From NCBI GenBank assembly GCA_051599415.1, contig AP039715.1:62001-126000 (forward strand): DNA of 64,000 nt, in the 5' to 3' direction. Source of the DNA: Savitreella phatthalungensis (lineage: Eukaryota). A program made the translations under genes and the position numbers. The notes under the pieces are model-generated. The model had not been told where the DNA came from. It worked only from the letters and a program-made list of their open reading frames with translations, and did not search any database. This document shows, one piece after another, positions 59,463 to 64,000 of the stretch (the first letter of the stretch is position 1; each line of letters opens with the position of its first letter).

Positions 59463-59604
59463 GCATGACAGCTCCGTATAAGATGGCGCGGAATACGCGC
59501 GTCCACAATTTATTTCTGAAGATTCGCAGACACGAACTATATTGCATTAAGGGTTTCAATGTCTGCGAAGCACTCGCAAGGTGTGTGGCCTTAACTATGG
59601 GCTC

Positions 59605-62600
59605 ATGAAGGCGCATAGACCTCAGGGAGAACGGTCACACTCCCATTTCCTTGGTGCTGCAGGAGCGCAGATCGATGAGATCCGGAGTCGACTCTCGCGT
59701 CGGCCACAAGCCACGGAGAGCGCTCCGTTGCTCGACTATTCAATCACGATCGCAGAGGATGCATTGCCCAACAGCGCCGCTGATGATAAGCTCGACACCT
59801 TATTGGGGGTCTTCATGCCCACAACGCTGAATGTGCTGTCGATTCTGATGTTTCTTCGATTCTCTTTCATCGTTGGGCAAGCAGGATTCGTCGGCACGAC
59901 CGGAATGCTCCTGGCGAGCTATGCTCTCAACCTGCTGACAGTTCTTTCAGTATCTGCAATCTCAACGAACGGCACTGTTCGTGGAGGCGGCGCGTACTAC
60001 ATGATTTCGCGCTGCTTAGGACCCGAGTTTGGAGGCAGCATTGGCATTGTTTTCTATCTAGGCCAGGTGCTAAACGCGGGGCTCAATGTGGTTGGCTTCA
60101 TAGAGCCCTTGCTCTACAATTATGGCAGGACAGAGGGTGAGCTTGCTCGCGTCTTGCCTGATTCTCCGAGCTGGCTGATGCTTTACGGCACACTGCTCTG
60201 CATATTGTGCACCTGCGCATGTACTGCCGGCTCCAGATTCTTTGCACGCATCTCGCTCATCATTTTCTTCTTCCTTGGTGTCTCTGTTCTTTCTATCCCC
60301 ACAAGTGCTGCCATTGTACCGCCATTTCGGACAGACAGTGTCTCCTGGGGGCTCTCTGTCGACACGCTCAAGGGCAACCTTTTTCCACAATTCACTCGAG
60401 GCGCCGCCGGTAGTCAAATAAAGGGCAAAGAATCTTTACGCTCTGTCTTTGGACTGCTTTTCCCCGCGACTGCCGGTATCTTTGCCGGATCAGCTGATAG
60501 TGGGAAGTTGCGAAACCCGTCCAAGTCCATACCGCGTGGAACGTTGTATGGCTTGATGTTGACCTTTGTGCTCTATACAGCTGTGATTATCGTCATTGCC
60601 TTCGGAGTGCCGCGCAACTTCCTCTACACCAATCTCAATGTCTTGCAAGATATCAACCTGCATCGTTCTCTCATTCTTGGCGGTGCTCTCTCCACGGCGA
60701 CCTTCTCGGCTCTTTGCGGTATCAACGGTGCAGCAAAAATGCTGCAGGCAATTGCTCGCGATGACTCCTTGCCTATCCTTCGAGTATTCAAATATGGGAC
60801 TCAGTCATCGGATGAGCCTCTCGTCGCAGTGGCAGCGACCTATGTGTTGACGCAGCTTGTGCTTTTCGCCGATATCAATGCGATCGCATCTCTCGTCACA
60901 ATGACGTTTCTTCTCACATTCGCAGGCATCAACCTAGCATGTTGCCTGCTCGACCTCTCATCTGCGCCAAACTTCCGCCCGTCCTTCACGTACTACTCAT
61001 GGAGCACAGCCCTCGCGGGCTTCCTGGGAAGCTTCGCAACCATGTTTTTTGTCGATGGCGTCTATGCCGCGGTCGCCTTCACCTTCTTCGGAGCCTTATT
61101 CCTGTTGGTCCACTATTTCGGTGCACCGCGCAATTATGGAGACATTTCACAGGCCTTGATCTACCACCAGGTGCGCAAATTCCTCCTCCGACTCGATAAA
61201 GGACGGTCCAGGGATCATGTGAAGTTCTGGCGGCCACAGGTCTTACTGCTCGTGAATGATGCACGCCGCAATGTCAAGCTCATTCGCTTCTGCAACGCGC
61301 TGAAGAAATCCGGCTTGTACGTGCTTGGGCACGTCCTAGTCACGAAGGACTTTGGGGAAGACTTGGAAGAGCTACGCAGACAGCAAGATGCTTGGCACAA
61401 ACTGGTCGAGCATTTGAAGGTGAAAGCTTTTGTGCAAGTCGGTGTCGCCCAAGACGAGGTATGGGGCGCGATGAATCTCTGCCTATCAAGCGGACTTGGC
61501 GGTCTCAAGCCGAATCTGGTTGTCATTGCCTTCTTCAATCTCGCAGGTACAGATCCAGGGGATCTTCCAGCCATGCAACGACTTACGGAGCATGCAGAGC
61601 GTAGGCAGGAGCGCCTTCGTGAGCAAGCGGATCAGGATAAACTGCCAACCGACAATTGCCGGCGTAACCCAGCTATGGCTGTATGCACATATCTCAACAT
61701 TGTCGAGGACATCATTGCTTCATTTAACCTCAACATTGCAATTGCAAAAGGATTCGGTAAGCTCGAAGACCTTGAGCAGCCGCAGAAACGCTACCTTGAT
61801 CTATGGCCTATTCAAATGTCGCCGACCCGGGATCCCCATGCGACGGACGGCCTCAACATCCTTTCGACGAATTTCGACACATACACAATGATATTGCAGA
61901 TGGGTCAGATCTTGCACACCTCGAATGCTTGGAAGTCTGCCTACACATTGCGAGTCCTTGTCTTCGTCGAGCACTCCAAGGATATCTCGGAAGAACGACG
62001 ACGAGTCTCGTGCCTCCTGGAGAACCTTCGGATCAATGCAACGCTGGTTGTGCTGTCTATGGACGACGGACACTGCGATGCTTATGAGATGCTCGTGGGC
62101 CGGCGGGAGTGGTCTGAAGAGCTCCGAGCCGAGCTACGTGACGAACAGGTCGAGCGTGCGTATACTAGCCGCCGTTCCTCAACATCTTCTCGAGCCGTTT
62201 CAGTTTCACGTCGAAAGCTCAGCATGCATGAAGAGGACCTCTCCCGTCCTTTGTCTTTCAAATTGCATGTGCCGATGCCGCCATGGAGCGGCACGTCAAC
62301 GGATACTGAAGATGATGATGATGATGATGCCTTGCACTACGAGTCAGGTGATCTGCAAGCTGACCTGCTGCCGCCCAGTACGACCGTTGAGCACGCTGCT
62401 GCACCACTTGACATACCCTCGCAGCCTGGAGCCACAACTATCACCTTCGCCCCTGCCCCGACGGACGCTCGCGAATACCGCGCTACTCAAGCACCGAGCC
62501 CGACGTTCGATGATTTATCATGCAAAGCACAGCACCTAATCATCAATTCTTTGATTCGTGCTCAATCGGGCGAGACAGCGGTCGTCTTTACTACCCTACC

Positions 62601-62736
62601 GCCACCAGATCGTGGCACTCACCGAGACGAGCATGCGTCTCGCAGATATCTAGAGAATCTGGCCGCCTTGACCGATGGTCTGCCACCGACCATTCTCATT
62701 CACTCAAAGAGTCTTACGGTAACCACAGCCTTGTGA
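59605..62736 (+). CDS. Cation-chloride cotransporter (SLC12, Vhc1-like)
   Basis: GVFMPTTLNVLSILMFLR, SAISTNGTVRGGGAYYMISR.LGPEFGGSIG, APNFRPSF and HVKFWRPQVLLLV. An N-terminal ExxxLL (ESAPLL) sorting-like motif is present. First ATG at 59605. Confidence 0.95.
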   Translation: MKAHRPQGERSHSHFLGAAGAQIDEIRSRLSRRPQATESAPLLDYSITIAEDALPNSAADDKLDTLLGVFMPTTLNVLSILMFLRFSFIVGQAGFVGTTGMLLASYALNLLTVLSVSAISTNGTVRGGGAYYMISRCLGPEFGGSIGIVFYLGQVLNAGLNVVGFIEPLLYNYGRTEGELARVLPDSPSWLMLYGTLLCILCTCACTAGSRFFARISLIIFFFLGVSVLSIPTSAAIVPPFRTDSVSWGLSVDTLKGNLFPQFTRGAAGSQIKGKESLRSVFGLLFPATAGIFAGSADSGKLRNPSKSIPRGTLYGLMLTFVLYTAVIIVIAFGVPRNFLYTNLNVLQDINLHRSLILGGALSTATFSALCGINGAAKMLQAIARDDSLPILRVFKYGTQSSDEPLVAVAATYVLTQLVLFADINAIASLVTMTFLLTFAGINLACCLLDLSSAPNFRPSFTYYSWSTALAGFLGSFATMFFVDGVYAAVAFTFFGALFLLVHYFGAPRNYGDISQALIYHQVRKFLLRLDKGRSRDHVKFWRPQVLLLVNDARRNVKLIRFCNALKKSGLYVLGHVLVTKDFGEDLEELRRQQDAWHKLVEHLKVKAFVQVGVAQDEVWGAMNLCLSSGLGGLKPNLVVIAFFNLAGTDPGDLPAMQRLTEHAERRQERLREQADQDKLPTDNCRRNPAMAVCTYLNIVEDIIASFNLNIAIAKGFGKLEDLEQPQKRYLDLWPIQMSPTRDPHATDGLNILSTNFDTYTMILQMGQILHTSNAWKSAYTLRVLVFVEHSKDISEERRRVSCLLENLRINATLVVLSMDDGHCDAYEMLVGRREWSEELRAELRDEQVERAYTSRRSSTSSRAVSVSRRKLSMHEEDLSRPLSFKLHVPMPPWSGTSTDTEDDDDDDALHYESGDLQADLLPPSTTVEHAAAPLDIPSQPGATTITFAPAPTDAREYRATQAPSPTFDDLSCKAQHLIINSLIRAQSGETAVVFTTLPPPDRGTHRDEHASRRYLENLAALTDGLPPTILIHSKSLTVTTAL

Positions 62737-62785
62737 ACCGGTTTCATCGGGAGAACAGAAATGCATGTAAAAATGAGAAGTCGAC

Positions 62786-63503
62786 CTAAAGATTGTGATT
62801 CTCCGGTGTCGATTGTCCACAAGCTGCAAGCGACATGGAGTCGGATACATGTGTCAAGTCGTGAGACCCCCCAGTGCCTAGGTGAATGGCCATCAAGGTG
62901 TCTGCCAGCATTGCAACACCATCTTCACACTCGTCTTCTTCAGCACGCGTCTCGGAAGGCGCAGACTTATCAGCAGCCTCCGAAACATACTCCCGTTGCT
63001 CTGCAACATAGCCTTCTATCCTGCCCTGTCGGGCCATTCCGGTGCTCGTTGACGTGCAGCAATCGGGAGCATCTTGGAATCGACCACTGTCGTATTCGTC
63101 CGCGAAGATTGATTCGCACTTCTTGACACCTGCTGTCGTCACTGATGTTGCTGGCGGAGCGCAGCGTGGAGCCGTATCGCGCCTTGGATGTGGTTCAATC
63201 CAGGCGCCCAGCAAAACTTTTCTCTCGCTTTCTTGGCCTCTCTTCTGCATTTGTGCTGGTTCATCAGGCGGCACATTCTCCTTCTGTGTGTCGAGTAGCC
63301 TAGAGAGTCAGCCTCAGTTTAATCACTCAACACAAACTGTCGATTGGACAGCTCATTGCATTATTCAACAAAGGGTTGTTCCGCTCTTACGCGTGATATT
63401 CTGCACGTAGATGACGATAGGCGCTATCAAGCTCAACGTGTGCTTGCTGCAGCTTGGCAAAGTCTCGTTGCAGCTGGAGGTACGCCTCAGCGATCGAAGC
63501 CAT
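62786..63503 (-). CDS. Predicted two-exon 208-aa protein (exons 63503-63391 and 63299-62786) with an N-terminal coiled coil and a KEN box
   Basis: A 91-nt intron with GTAAGA donor, GCTGAC branch site and CTCTAG acceptor. Splicing joins an ATG-initiated exon in frame to the ATG-less ORF 62786-63274. Confidence 0.75.
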
Positions 63504-63665
63504 TCTTTTTCACGGCTCGACTCGAGCTGTCGAATCGCCATATATTCAGAATCTCCAGCAATGCGATAAAAATGATCGATTGCTATCTCGGCTGTGGTCC
63601 CGTAAGGCAAGCTCAGCGCTGTCTACGATATATGTGCCGCGGTACTTGACGGCGCTCTAGAATAG

Positions 63666-64000
63666 CTACGAGGCCTGTTTGTCGTTGGCGTCTTCGACTG
63701 TTTTGCCCTTGGCAAGGACACCGCCAAAGCCTCCGCCAAATCCTCCGCCAATACCGCCACCGAAGCCTCCACCGAAGCCAATGCCACCGAGCCCTCCCAA
63801 GCCTCCGAGTCCTCCTAGCCCTCCAAATCCTCCAAGGAGGGGAAACCCACCAAGTCCGAAACCCAGGCCGAGTGACGACGACAGAAATCCGCCGATGCCG
63901 GCAGAAAATGCCCCACCGAGTCCTAGACCGCCAAGGCCCAGGCCGCCACCAAGACCAAAACCGAGGCCGCCTCCCAAACCAAGTCCGCCGCCAAGACCGA
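63666..64000 (-). CDS. Glycine-rich low-complexity protein, 3' part only
   Basis: The frame is open to the window edge with GGL/GGF repeats encoded by varied synonymous Gly codons, ending VLAKGKTVEDANDKQAS*. Confidence 0.65.
   Translation of the reverse strand, partial: GLGGGLGLGGGLGFGLGGGLGLGGLGLGGAFSAGIGGFLSSSLGLGFGLGGFPLLGGFGGLGGLGGLGGLGGIGFGGGFGGGIGGGFGGGFGGVLAKGKTVEDANDKQAS

Overview
This is eukaryotic (fungal) DNA in two parts. Bases 1-26247 are the end of a + strand tandem rDNA array with a 7557-bp unit (18S-ITS1-5.8S-ITS2-25S-IGS). The unit has no recognisable 5S gene and no group I introns. The copies look identical except for a 22-nt anomaly in the third 25S, and the array stops abruptly inside the IGS at 26247. 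The IGS carries 12 exact co-oriented GT(AC/CA)GGGTGG motifs that resemble Reb1-type sites. Bases 26248-64000 are single-copy and almost intron-free. A sparse zone holds an amino-acid permease, two type-B carboxylesterases, a Zn2Cys6 factor, a HAD hydrolase, a 4CL-like acyl-CoA ligase and a GH92 mannosidase. A compact block follows, with Usa1/HERP-like, COX15, YIF1, Fic1/Inn1, a Cdc12-type septin, a STE3/Map3 receptor, a chromodomain-less Clr4, a cation-chloride cotransporter, a two-exon KEN-box orphan that the ORF track splits, and a partial Gly-rich ORF. Taphrinomycotina affinity is inferred from rRNA signatures and protein resemblance and was not tested. All calls were made by eye with no database searches. 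I found no clearly new multi-gene system. The best leads are the chromodomain-less Clr4, the IGS motif array with its boundary, the spliced KEN-box orphan and a MADS-type site upstream of the receptor.
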